The notes beneath the pieces were generated by a model. It had not been told where the DNA came from. It did no database searches and was given only the letters and a program-made list of their open reading frames with translations. A stretch of 33,331 nt of DNA, taken from the IMG/VR virus record IMGVR_UViG_2061766007_000970; one strand, written 5' to 3'. Below, piece after piece: positions 1 through 8,613 of the stretch. Within the stretch, counting starts at the first letter, position 1. The number at the start of each line of letters is the position of its first letter. Origin of the DNA: an uncultured virus (IMG/VR IMGVR_UViG_2061766007_000970). Lineage: Duplodnaviria > Heunggongvirae > Uroviricota > Caudoviricetes. The position numbers and the translations under genes are program-made.

Positions 1-1621
1 GGCCTTTATGAAAGGCTCGCAGATTGGCGGTACCGAGTGCATGATTAACACGGCTCTCTACTACATGCTGCAAAGCCCGTGCCCGATTGGCCTTTACCAG
101 ACTACTGACGATGCCGCCGCAGATTTCGAACGCCAAAGATTGGCTCCGACATTTACCGCGATGAAGATGGACCAGTATTTCACGGGCGACACGGCCGGCT
201 GCAAGGAGTATCCGGGTGGCATCTTCTTTCTCGGTTCAGGTGGATCCGCTTCGCAGCTTCGTTCGAAGCCCCTGCAGGTTGTTCTTTGTGACGAAATCTC
301 GGGTTGGCCGCTGGACTGCAACGGCGAAGGCGACCCGTGCGACCTGGTGAAGCGCAGAACGACAAACTTTCCGCGCAGAAAGCGCTTCTGGAACTCGACG
401 CCGACCATCAAGGGCAAGTGCCGCATCACAAAGAAGTTCGAGACAGGAGACCAGCGCTACTACAACGTTCCGTGCCCGCATTGCGGTGAGCTGCACGTGT
501 GGGAATTTAAGAACATGGTGTGGGACAAGGATTCTTCCGGAAACCACTTGCCGTTTACCGTGCGCATGAAGTGTCCGCATTGCGGTGGCGAATACCAGGA
601 ATGGCGAAAGACGGAACTGATGGCACAGGGGCAGTGGGTGCCCACTAACCCGAATGGGGCTTACCCGAGCTACCATTTGGGCGCGTTCTATAGCCCGCTC
701 GGGTGGTATTCTTGGGAAGAAATCGTTATCGATTTTTTGGAAGCGCAGGGCGACCCGCAAAAACTGAAGGTGTGGACCAACAACGTGGAGGGCCGTGCCT
801 GGGACGAAGAAAACCAGGTCCGGCATGATTTCTCGGAATTGTTCTTGCGTCGCGAAAATTACGGTTGCGAGGTCCCTGACGGTGCGGTAATCTTGACGGC
901 CGGCGTGGATACCCAGGACGACCGTCTTGAAGTGGAAATTGTCGGTTGGGGTCGCGGGCTCGAAAGCTGGAGCATCGATTACATAATTATTCCGGGAAAC
1001 CCGAACCAGGATGACGTGTGGGAAACTCTTGACGACATCCTGATTAACGCGAGCTATGCCAAGGCTGACGGTACGCAGCTGTATGTGGCTGCGGCCCTTG
1101 TGGACTCGGGCGGCCACAAGACCACGGCCGTGTACAAGTATTGCGCAAAGCGGGAATGGCGGCGCATTTACGCGAGCATCGGTGCGCGTGGCCCTAACAG
1201 GCCCGTTATTAGTCGCCCCGGATCCACGAAAAAGTCCTCTGCAGAGAATGCGAAGCTGATTACCGTGGGCACCGATACAATCAAGGACTGGTTCTTCAAT
1301 GTGCTTACGTTCGAAAAACCGGGCCCCGGATATTGCCATTTCCCGATGAAAGATGCCTACAATCAGGAACATTTCAAGCAGCTTGCCGAATCCGAAGTGA
1401 AAAAGTCACACATGAGTCGCGGGTTCTTGACTTATTCCTACGAAAAAATATATGATAGAAACGAGCCGCTCGACTGTCGAGTGTATGCCCGTGCGGCAAT
1501 CAACCTGGTCGGGATAGATGTGGATAAGCTGGCTGATTCCGGAAAGAGCTATACCAGGAATCCGGCAAAGAAGATTCCTATCCGAAAAGGCTTTGTGGTG
1601 AGCCAAGGAGTGAAACTATGA
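1..1621 (+). CDS. Terminase large subunit, lambda GpA family (5'-truncated by window edge)
   Basis: Begins inside the Walker A region (AFMKGSQIGGTE). Also has Walker B VVLCDE, NSTPT, CPHC zinc motifs, LTAGVDTQDDRLE and RNEPLDCRVYA nuclease motifs. Confidence 0.95.
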   Translation, partial: AFMKGSQIGGTECMINTALYYMLQSPCPIGLYQTTDDAAADFERQRLAPTFTAMKMDQYFTGDTAGCKEYPGGIFFLGSGGSASQLRSKPLQVVLCDEISGWPLDCNGEGDPCDLVKRRTTNFPRRKRFWNSTPTIKGKCRITKKFETGDQRYYNVPCPHCGELHVWEFKNMVWDKDSSGNHLPFTVRMKCPHCGGEYQEWRKTELMAQGQWVPTNPNGAYPSYHLGAFYSPLGWYSWEEIVIDFLEAQGDPQKLKVWTNNVEGRAWDEENQVRHDFSELFLRRENYGCEVPDGAVILTAGVDTQDDRLEVEIVGWGRGLESWSIDYIIIPGNPNQDDVWETLDDILINASYAKADGTQLYVAAALVDSGGHKTTAVYKYCAKREWRRIYASIGARGPNRPVISRPGSTKKSSAENAKLITVGTDTIKDWFFNVLTFEKPGPGYCHFPMKDAYNQEHFKQLAESEVKKSHMSRGFLTYSYEKIYDRNEPLDCRVYARAAINLVGIDVDKLADSGKSYTRNPAKKIPIRKGFVVSQGVKL

Positions 1622-2313
1622 TGGATTTTCATGTGACGTGCAATGTCGATAAGCTGCTGAAGGGCGTGCGCGACGTGCGCGAAAAACAACTGCCGTATGC
1701 CATGAAGGAGGCGGTTAACGCCAATGCGTTCCGGGCTCGCCGAGCTCTCATCAAGGATTATCCTCGTAAGTTTACTATGCGTTCGAAAGGATTGCCAAAC
1801 CTGATCCGTATCGACAAGGCTGACAAGAAGGTGCCTGCGGCCCGCATTTTCCTGGACAAGTTGTTTATGGCCCGCCAGGAATACGGTGGGGAAAAGGTCG
1901 CAAAGCCTGGAAAGGGCGTGGCTGTGCCGCGTCCTGGCGTTACCGAGAAGGGTGGGTTAACATCAAAGGGTTCTGTCAAGCCGGGTTACTACGTTTCGGC
2001 GTTGCTTGCCGATGCGGAAAAGAACAAGCACCGTTCAAGGGTCCGAAATGGCCGTAGATACTCGGAAAACAGGCCGTCGGCACGTAAAAGCTCAAAGTAT
2101 CATCCGTTCGAGATGGAACGCACCGATGGCGTGCGCTTTATCGCCCGTCACATTGCCGGATCGCGAAAACTGGAATGGCTGTATGCGCTTTACCCGAAGG
2201 TGGTTGTGCCGGCAAGATGGGGATGGCAGAAGATAGTGAAGTTCTTCTACGAAAAGTACATCAAGTCTGACTTTGAGGCTGCTTATCGGAAGGCTCTGGA
2301 GAGCGCGAAGTAG
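1618..2313 (+). CDS. Basic phage morphogenesis protein, probably lambda gpZ-like (minor tail/neck)
   Basis: Overlaps the terminase stop (ATGA). KQLPYAMKEAVNANA resembles the N-terminus of gpZ-like proteins; very Lys/Arg-rich. Confidence 0.55.
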   Translation: MMDFHVTCNVDKLLKGVRDVREKQLPYAMKEAVNANAFRARRALIKDYPRKFTMRSKGLPNLIRIDKADKKVPAARIFLDKLFMARQEYGGEKVAKPGKGVAVPRPGVTEKGGLTSKGSVKPGYYVSALLADAEKNKHRSRVRNGRRYSENRPSARKSSKYHPFEMERTDGVRFIARHIAGSRKLEWLYALYPKVVVPARWGWQKIVKFFYEKYIKSDFEAAYRKALESAK

Positions 2314-2533
2314 AGGACGTTGTTTCTGACATTGTTGCTACGCAAAAAGCGGATACAATGTAGACGAAAATCGCAACTATAATTGGCTCTATTCCAGATT
2401 CGTGCAGAATGTTTATTCCGTCAATTTCAATCTGAGAGCAAAAATGGTGGCCTAGTGCATAAAATCCCCAATAAAGGCAAGCGTAAACTACATGCCTTAT
2501 AAGTTTTGTTGAGGATTTGTTCTGCTTCTCCAT
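2261..2533 (-). CDS. Small 2-TM membrane protein (moron-like accessory gene), about 90 aa
   Basis: AT-rich and opposite to the operon. Two hydrophobic segments (LIRHVVYACLYWGFYAL; IIVAIFVYIVSAFCVAT). Start moved to the ATG at 2533 because it follows a sigma70 -10 box after a 6-nt gap. Confidence 0.65.
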   Translation of the reverse strand: MEKQNKSSTKLIRHVVYACLYWGFYALGHHFCSQIEIDGINILHESGIEPIIVAIFVYIVSAFCVATMSETTSSTSRSPEPSDKQPQSQT

Positions 2534-2539
2534 ACCCAT

Positions 2540-2568
2540 AATATAACCAAAATTAACCAAAAAGGCAA
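2540..2568 (-). promoter_or_regulatory. Sigma70-type promoter for the minus-strand moron (leaderless transcript)
   Basis: Minus strand reads TTGCCT-N17-TATATT, then 6 nt, then ATG; no SD. Confidence 0.65.
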
Positions 2569-2626
2569 ATAAAAAGTTAATCCAAGTTAAAACAATGGTT
2601 AAGCCGTTGACGGCCTAAAATTATTG

Positions 2627-2668
2627 TGTTACCAAAAACGCCGTTAGCTATTGCATTAAGGCTATTTT
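2627..2668 (+). promoter_or_regulatory. Putative activator-dependent late promoter 1 (head operon)
   Basis: TGTTACCAAA at 2627 and TATTTT at 2663 (+36). Same geometry at 13002 and 15905. Confidence 0.6.
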
Positions 2669-2674
2669 GGTGCT

Positions 2675-2902
2675 ATGGCTCAATTGTACCCTGTCGAACT
2701 CTGCGAAGAGATGGTCGCCTCTGCTAAGGCGGCTCTTGCCAAAGCGTTGGAAGCGCAGAGTTATTCCATTGGTGGGCGTTCCTTGAGCAGGGCGTCTGTG
2801 GATAGTTGTCAGAAGCAGTTGGACTTGTGGTTAGGTCGTCTTGCCACGGCGAAGGGTTTACGTCGTGGCAAGGCGTTTTGTGTCGCGTCGATTCCGCATT
2901 AG
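2675..2902 (+). CDS. Head completion/head-tail joining protein, gpW-like
   Basis: 75 aa just before the portal; AQSYSIGGRSLSRAS motif typical of this family. Confidence 0.8.
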   Translation: MAQLYPVELCEEMVASAKAALAKALEAQSYSIGGRSLSRASVDSCQKQLDLWLGRLATAKGLRRGKAFCVASIPH

Positions 2903-2907
2903 GGCTT

Positions 2908-4464
2908 ATGGCGAAGAATCTTGTTGGTGCTTATGGAATTGCTTGGAAAGGAGCTTCGATTGTAACGGAAGCTCTCCGGGCGTTCTATGCTCCGCATGGT
3001 TCTGCAGACCGCGACATTTCTGCCGACCTTGATATTTTGCGTCGCCGTAGCCGTCAACTCTTCCAGAACAATACGTTTAGTCGTGCGATGATTGCAAGCT
3101 TTGACACGAATGTCGTCGGAACTGGAATCAAGGCACGTCCGAACCTGATGCTGTCCGAAATGCTCGGGCTCACAAGCGAAGAAGCGGAAAAGTGGGCGAA
3201 CAAGACGAAGGTGCTGTTCAACCTCTGGGCGACCGACAAGAAGTGCGATGCCGAAAAGACGAACAACTTTTTCCAGTTGCAGGACCTCGCACTGAAAACA
3301 GCGTTGCTGGGTGGTGATTGTTTCGCGCTTTCTTGCTTCGACAAGAATTTTACTCCATACGGAATGAATATCAAGCTGCTGGAAGGCGAACGCTGTCAGA
3401 ACCCGATTGGTCTCATGAACTCCGATGCGCTTGCTGAAGGTATCGAAGTTGACCGGAATCATGCTCCGGTTGCTTACCATTTCACACAAAAGCCGGTCTG
3501 GAGTTTTGACGAATATACGAATTTTGTGGATTCTGTTCGGGTTCCTGCGTTCGATGCGTTTGGTAACCCGAACGTTATCCACGTTTTCACCTCTGACCGC
3601 ACGGATCAGCGTCGCGGCGTCCCGCTTCTTGCTCCTATTATTTGCCAACTCAAGCAACAGGAACGCTATCAGGATGCCGAGCTCATGGCGGCCGTCATCA
3701 GTGCATGCTTTACCGCTGTCCTGGAAAACAACGTGCCAGACGAAGCCGAAGAGCTGTACGGGAATGTTCCCGAAGAAGAGCGGGTCGAAAAGACACAGAC
3801 TGATAGTTACGGAAACGTAATTCCGGATGCCACTCGGCCGTCTTTGGAGATGAAACCTGGTGCAATTTGGTCTTTAGCTCAGGGCCAAAAGATTAGCAGT
3901 TTGAATCCTCAGCGCCCGAATGTCAACTATCAGCCGTTCGTCGAAAGCATTTTTGCTGAGGCTGCGGCCGCTTGTGGCGTTAGTTTCGAGGTCGTGCTTC
4001 GTAAGTTCAACAACAGTTACAACGCCGTTCGTGCGGCCCTTCTTGAGAGCCAGAAGACTTTCAAGAAAATGTGCATGAACTTTGTCGCTGATTTTTGTAA
4101 ACCCGTCTATGAAAAGTGGCTTGCAAACGCGGTTCTCCTGGGAATTGTAGATGCTCCGGGTTTCTTCGATGATCCGATTAAAAGAAAGTTGTGGAGCCAG
4201 TGTCTCTGGATTGGCGATGCCGCGTTCCTTCTCGATCCGAAAAAGGAAACCGAGGCCATCAAGATGCAGATTGACGAGCAGCTGATTTCCAGAGATATGG
4301 CTTGCGCAATGGTTAACGGTGGCGATTACAGGACGGTTGCCGAAGGCCATGCGAGCGAACTTGCCTTGCGCAAGGAACTCGGAATCGGCGAACCTGGATC
4401 TGTGTCCAAGACGGAAAATTTCAGTGTTACTAGCGATGATCCTGAGCAGTCCGCTATGCAGTAG
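2908..4464 (+). CDS. Portal protein, lambda family
   Basis: LRRRSRQLFQNN, NVVGTGI, DQRRGVPLLAP, NSYNAVRAALLE and LDPKKE motifs. Start taken at the ATG at 2908, after the gpW stop. Confidence 0.95.
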   Translation: MAKNLVGAYGIAWKGASIVTEALRAFYAPHGSADRDISADLDILRRRSRQLFQNNTFSRAMIASFDTNVVGTGIKARPNLMLSEMLGLTSEEAEKWANKTKVLFNLWATDKKCDAEKTNNFFQLQDLALKTALLGGDCFALSCFDKNFTPYGMNIKLLEGERCQNPIGLMNSDALAEGIEVDRNHAPVAYHFTQKPVWSFDEYTNFVDSVRVPAFDAFGNPNVIHVFTSDRTDQRRGVPLLAPIICQLKQQERYQDAELMAAVISACFTAVLENNVPDEAEELYGNVPEEERVEKTQTDSYGNVIPDATRPSLEMKPGAIWSLAQGQKISSLNPQRPNVNYQPFVESIFAEAAAACGVSFEVVLRKFNNSYNAVRAALLESQKTFKKMCMNFVADFCKPVYEKWLANAVLLGIVDAPGFFDDPIKRKLWSQCLWIGDAAFLLDPKKETEAIKMQIDEQLISRDMACAMVNGGDYRTVAEGHASELALRKELGIGEPGSVSKTENFSVTSDDPEQSAMQ

Positions 4465-4471
4465 GTAGAAA

Positions 4472-5764
4472 ATGAAGAAGAGTATGTTGAACAGAATCTT
4501 GAGCGCCCGTCTGGCAATCCGCAAGGAAGATGCCGATGTAATTGCATCGACGAGCTTGAACTTTATGTCTGATGATGGGCATTGGAAAGGTGCGACGAAG
4601 CCCGATGGCGAACTCGACCTAGTGAACAACATCACCCGTCGCGATGACGGAATTGCCGTCATTCACGTGGATGGTGCGCTTTCTTACCGTAGCAACTGGC
4701 TTTCGTATTATTTCGACCAAGACACGTACAACAGTATCGAGGCCGCGTTCGACGAATGTCTCGCAGATGATGCCGTCAAGGGAATCCTTTTCGACATCAA
4801 TAGCCCTGGTGGACAAGTGAGTGGGTGTGCTGATCTTGCTGACAAGATTTTTAATGCCCGTGGATCGAAACCTTACGGCATTTTTGCCCGCACAGGCGGG
4901 TTGATGTGTTCGGCCGCGTACTGGATTGGTTCCAGCTGCGAAAAGGTTTTTACGGCTAGCAACGGAACGCTTGGTTCAATTGGCATACTTTATGCGTTTA
5001 CAAATTTCAGCAAGTCCATTGGCGAAACGACGGTTGTTACGTCTGATCTGAGCCCGAACAAGAATCCGGACCCGAACGACCCGGAAGGACTGAAGCTGAT
5101 TAAGGAAGAATTGAACTCTCTTGCTGAAGTTTTCATCGACGCTGTTGCCCGCAACCGTGGCACGACTGCTGAAGACGTGAAGAATAATTTTGGCCAGGGA
5201 GGCGTGTTTATCGGCGACAAGGCTGTCGCTGCTAATCTTGCGGACGGCGTTATGTCCCTTGATGACGTCTGTGAAGAAATGAAACGACAAGGGATCAGTA
5301 ATGGAGGTGCCTTTATGGCAACTAACAATAAAGGAGCCGAAGCTGGAAAGCCCGAGGCTGTGGATATGGAAGCCGTCAAGGCCCAGGCTGTCGCCGATTA
5401 CAAGGCCCGTGTCGCTTCCATCGAAGATGTCTTTGCTGGTCTCGAAATTACCGGCGAAGAAAAGGCCGGATTCGTCGATGGTGACAAGACTGTCGCCGAA
5501 GCGACGACTTTTGCGCTTGCTAAGGCCAAGGAAAAAATCAAGGCCCTGGCTGAAGACCTTGTGAAGGTTAAAGCCGAACTTGACGAAGCCAAGAAAAAGC
5601 CTGCCGGAGCCAGCGAAACGGAACGTGCTATCGAAGCTCTTGAAAAGAGCAATGCTGCGCAGAACTCTGTTCACGGCGGTTCTGACACGTCCGCTTCCGA
5701 CGAATCCAAAAAGCATGCCGAATGGGCTGCTGAAGTAAGCAACGAAATTTTCAAAAAGGGGTAA
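4472..5764 (+). CDS. Prohead protease, peptidase S49 family, with C-terminal scaffold domain
   Basis: DINSPGG, MCSAAYWIGS and GSIG motifs; helical Ala/Glu/Lys-rich C-terminal part. Confidence 0.93.
   Translation: MKKSMLNRILSARLAIRKEDADVIASTSLNFMSDDGHWKGATKPDGELDLVNNITRRDDGIAVIHVDGALSYRSNWLSYYFDQDTYNSIEAAFDECLADDAVKGILFDINSPGGQVSGCADLADKIFNARGSKPYGIFARTGGLMCSAAYWIGSSCEKVFTASNGTLGSIGILYAFTNFSKSIGETTVVTSDLSPNKNPDPNDPEGLKLIKEELNSLAEVFIDAVARNRGTTAEDVKNNFGQGGVFIGDKAVAANLADGVMSLDDVCEEMKRQGISNGGAFMATNNKGAEAGKPEAVDMEAVKAQAVADYKARVASIEDVFAGLEITGEEKAGFVDGDKTVAEATTFALAKAKEKIKALAEDLVKVKAELDEAKKKPAGASETERAIEALEKSNAAQNSVHGGSDTSASDESKKHAEWAAEVSNEIFKKG
5315..5764 (+). CDS. Putative internal in-frame scaffolding protein (lambda Nu3-like), 149 aa
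   Basis: GGAGGT SD at 5303-5308, 6 nt before the in-frame ATG at 5315 (M282 of the protease), at the protease/scaffold boundary. Confidence 0.65.
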   Translation: MATNNKGAEAGKPEAVDMEAVKAQAVADYKARVASIEDVFAGLEITGEEKAGFVDGDKTVAEATTFALAKAKEKIKALAEDLVKVKAELDEAKKKPAGASETERAIEALEKSNAAQNSVHGGSDTSASDESKKHAEWAAEVSNEIFKKG

Positions 5765-5767
5765 GTC

Positions 5768-6442
5768 ATGAGCAACGAACTCAAATTTGACAACGACATC
5801 GCTGGTGAATTCCCGATCCAGCGCGAAACTGTAAAAATCGGGAAGAACCAGAACCTCAAGCGCGGAACCATCCTTGTCGAACACATCGAAAGCGATGGTG
5901 CGAAGGCAAAGTATTCCTTCGCCCTGTCTGCCTACTCTGCCGCCGACGACAAGACCGTGACTCTCACGATCGGCTCTTCGAGTTATGTCGCCAACGTCAG
6001 TTCCACGGACGCGACTGTTGCGGCCGTGCTTGGAAAGGTCGTGACCGCTGCAGCCGCCGACACGAAGTTCACCGTGACCGCCGACACTACGAACGGCAAG
6101 TTGGTTCTCGAAGCCAAGGCTGTTGGTGCCGATTCCACCACCATCACGCTCGAAACGACTGCGACCCTCACCATCGGCAATAAGTCCGAAGATGTCAAGG
6201 GTGCAGACGCCGTCGAAGGTGGTTTCTTCCCGATTGCCGACGCAACCGAAGAACCGGTCGGCTACCTTCTCAAGGATATCAAGACCGCTGCCGACGAAGC
6301 GGGCTATGCCGATATGGCACGCACCGGCTGCTTTGCCGATGGTGCCGCCATCATCGACGAAAACATCGATGCAAAAACCGTCAAGGACAAGCTTGCCGCA
6401 CGTTGCCTTTTCTTCAAGGCTGTGGGCGCAGTCAAGGAATAA
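5768..6442 (+). CDS. Head decoration protein (gpD-like) with an inserted beta-rich domain
   Basis: Lies between protease and major capsid. NLKRGTIL and PVGYLLKD...RTGCF motifs flank an insert of about 105 aa. Confidence 0.8.
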   Translation: MSNELKFDNDIAGEFPIQRETVKIGKNQNLKRGTILVEHIESDGAKAKYSFALSAYSAADDKTVTLTIGSSSYVANVSSTDATVAAVLGKVVTAAAADTKFTVTADTTNGKLVLEAKAVGADSTTITLETTATLTIGNKSEDVKGADAVEGGFFPIADATEEPVGYLLKDIKTAADEAGYADMARTGCFADGAAIIDENIDAKTVKDKLAARCLFFKAVGAVKE

Positions 6443-6459
6443 CATAAAGGAGTACAATC

Positions 6460-7497
6460 ATGCCTGAAGCAATTACTCTTGAAAATCGCCACGAACTGAC
6501 GAAGCTCCTTGGCGAAAACTTCAAACCCTCGCAGTTCTTCCGCAAGATGTGCGCGACGGACCTGCACAAGACCAAAAACCTCATTCTCCAGCAGGAAAAG
6601 CAGACCCGCCTTATTGCCCCGTATGTCTCCGATGACGACGAAGAAGGCAAGGTGATTGGCCGCGATGGTTACGACCGCCTGGTTGTGACTGTCCCGACGC
6701 TGCACCCGAAGCGCAACCTGACCCGTCGCGATGTCGAAGTCGCTGCAAATGCCGAACAGGTGTTTACCTACGACAACGGTGGCGCTTCTCCGGAAAAGAT
6801 TCAGTTCCAGAAGTTGATGAAGGACGCTCTTGAACTTCGCCAGTCTATCGAACGCCGCGAAGAACAGCAGGTTATCGAAGCCATGACTACCGGCAAGGTG
6901 GAAGTGATTTTCGATGGCGGCAAGCGCACCATCAACCTGAATATTCCTGCCGCCAACTTGACTGCCGCCGCCGCTGGCGACAAGTTCGATGCAGAAAATT
7001 CCAATCCGATTACCTACCTTCTCGCACAGAGACGTCTTCTTGCGAAGGCTGGTGGCGGTCGCGGATTCCTCTGCGTCATGGGTACCGACGCTTACGAAGC
7101 GTTCGTCCAGAACAAGGCCGTGAAGGAATACATGGACAATCGCCGCATGAACTTCGGCGAAATCGAACCGGGTACAATGGATACCGATTACGTGACCCGC
7201 ATGGCTCACATCCTCGGCATGGATATCGTCACCTATGACGATTTCTTCTACTCCGAATCGGAGAAGAAGGATGTCGAGATGTATCCGAAGGACAAGATCA
7301 CGATTATCGGTGCCGGTGCTGGTTTCAAGATGCACTACGGTGCCATCGCCGATGGAACCGACGGCTCGCTGAACGTGTGCCAGTCCTACGCATACACCTG
7401 GATCAAGGACGGCAAGTCCAAGATTCTCGAAGAAGAATCCTGCCCGCTGTTCGTTCCTCAGTGCGGTGGCGGCATCATCTCCCGTAAGGTGGTGTAA
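6460..7497 (+). CDS. Major capsid protein, lambda gpE family
   Basis: 345 aa; IAPYVS, SIERREEQQVIEAMTTGKV and HYGAI motifs; strong AAAGGAG SD. Confidence 0.92.
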   Translation: MPEAITLENRHELTKLLGENFKPSQFFRKMCATDLHKTKNLILQQEKQTRLIAPYVSDDDEEGKVIGRDGYDRLVVTVPTLHPKRNLTRRDVEVAANAEQVFTYDNGGASPEKIQFQKLMKDALELRQSIERREEQQVIEAMTTGKVEVIFDGGKRTINLNIPAANLTAAAAGDKFDAENSNPITYLLAQRRLLAKAGGGRGFLCVMGTDAYEAFVQNKAVKEYMDNRRMNFGEIEPGTMDTDYVTRMAHILGMDIVTYDDFFYSESEKKDVEMYPKDKITIIGAGAGFKMHYGAIADGTDGSLNVCQSYAYTWIKDGKSKILEEESCPLFVPQCGGGIISRKVV

Positions 7498-7509
7498 GGA
7501 GCCTAAGTC

Positions 7510-7857
7510 GTGAGCTTCAAGTCGCAAATGGTGGATGACTTGCAAAAAGTCTTCCTGAATACGGATGATTTTGGCGAGACCGTTACGCTGGTGCGTAACG
7601 GCTCCACCTATGCGATGAAGGGGCTCTATGATGAACTCCCGTTGAATGGCGAAGGGTTGGGCGGAAACGTCGATGCAATTTCGCACAATCCACGCCTTTT
7701 TGTTTCTGCCTCCGATTTGCCTGGAGGTGCGCCCCGTAAAGGCGATTTGTTTGTATTGAGTGCCAATGAATTTCATCCTGAACGCAGAATCGTTGCGAAA
7801 GATTTTGAGTTTCCCAAAGATGGTATTGTTGTCTATTACCTGAAGGACCGTGCATGA
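7510..7857 (+). CDS. Head-tail joining/closure protein
   Basis: Follows the capsid gene. MSFKSQMVDDLQKVFLNTDDFGE N-terminus and PRKGD motif resemble FII/Gifsy-2-like proteins. Confidence 0.7.
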   Translation: MSFKSQMVDDLQKVFLNTDDFGETVTLVRNGSTYAMKGLYDELPLNGEGLGGNVDAISHNPRLFVSASDLPGGAPRKGDLFVLSANEFHPERRIVAKDFEFPKDGIVVYYLKDRA

Positions 7858-8414
7858 GTTTGACTCTTTCGACAATCAAGGAATTGCGCCATGCAGTCGT
7901 AAATGCTCTTGTTGCTGCCGATATCGAAGGCATTGGCGAGAATGTGTACGAGGCCAGGCGCGAAAACCTTTGGCCGGAAGAAGGCCTTGTTGCGGTCGTC
8001 TACACGGACTCTGTCAGGTTCGAGGACAAACGTACCAGCCCGAAAGAGTATGTCGTGACTGTCAACGTTGTGGTAGATGTGATTTGCCAGAGCGAAGGCG
8101 ATTGTGTCAACGATACTCTTGACGATGCTACCGTCGCAGTAATTACGGCTCTTCAGCCGCCAATGCCTGCAGGCGGTTTCTTTGGCGGTCTTACGAAACG
8201 TTTTGTTGTGACAAATGTCGAAAACAACCTTTCTGAACAGGGTGAAATGAGTCGTGGATTGCAACGAATAACGTTTGAGACGATGTTCGGTGTCCCGTTG
8301 CCTGTTGGTGGTCCTGTAAACGATTTCTTGCGTGCAAAGACTACTATCCGGGCGGGTGATAGCGAAGACTTAAAACAGGAATTTGTAACCAACGTGAGGC
8401 CAAGCAATGCCTAG
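7854..8414 (+). CDS. Tail completion/terminator-like protein
   Basis: Position before the sheath; ATGA coupling; alpha/beta pattern resembling gpU-like terminators. Confidence 0.55.
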   Translation: MSLTLSTIKELRHAVVNALVAADIEGIGENVYEARRENLWPEEGLVAVVYTDSVRFEDKRTSPKEYVVTVNVVVDVICQSEGDCVNDTLDDATVAVITALQPPMPAGGFFGGLTKRFVVTNVENNLSEQGEMSRGLQRITFETMFGVPLPVGGPVNDFLRAKTTIRAGDSEDLKQEFVTNVRPSNA

Positions 8415-8613
8415 AAAAATTTTCTTGAAGCCCGCTGAAGGGGTTGTGGTGTTTTTGCCGACCCGTGGGCGCAATATTTTCCCGCAAGGAGAAGAGGTCG
8501 TGGTTGACTCCTTCGTGGAACGCTGCATGTCCGAGGGGGCGCTTGTTGCGGTTCCCGAAAACAAGCAGCAGAAACCGAATACCGCGAAAACAAACAGCAA
8601 GGAGGAACGGTAA
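8407..8613 (+). CDS. Small Mu-like tail protein (DUF2635-like)
   Basis: 68 aa directly before the sheath; FLKPAEG...GEEV..DSFVERCMSEG pattern. Confidence 0.7.
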   Translation: MPRKIFLKPAEGVVVFLPTRGRNIFPQGEEVVVDSFVERCMSEGALVAVPENKQQKPNTAKTNSKEER

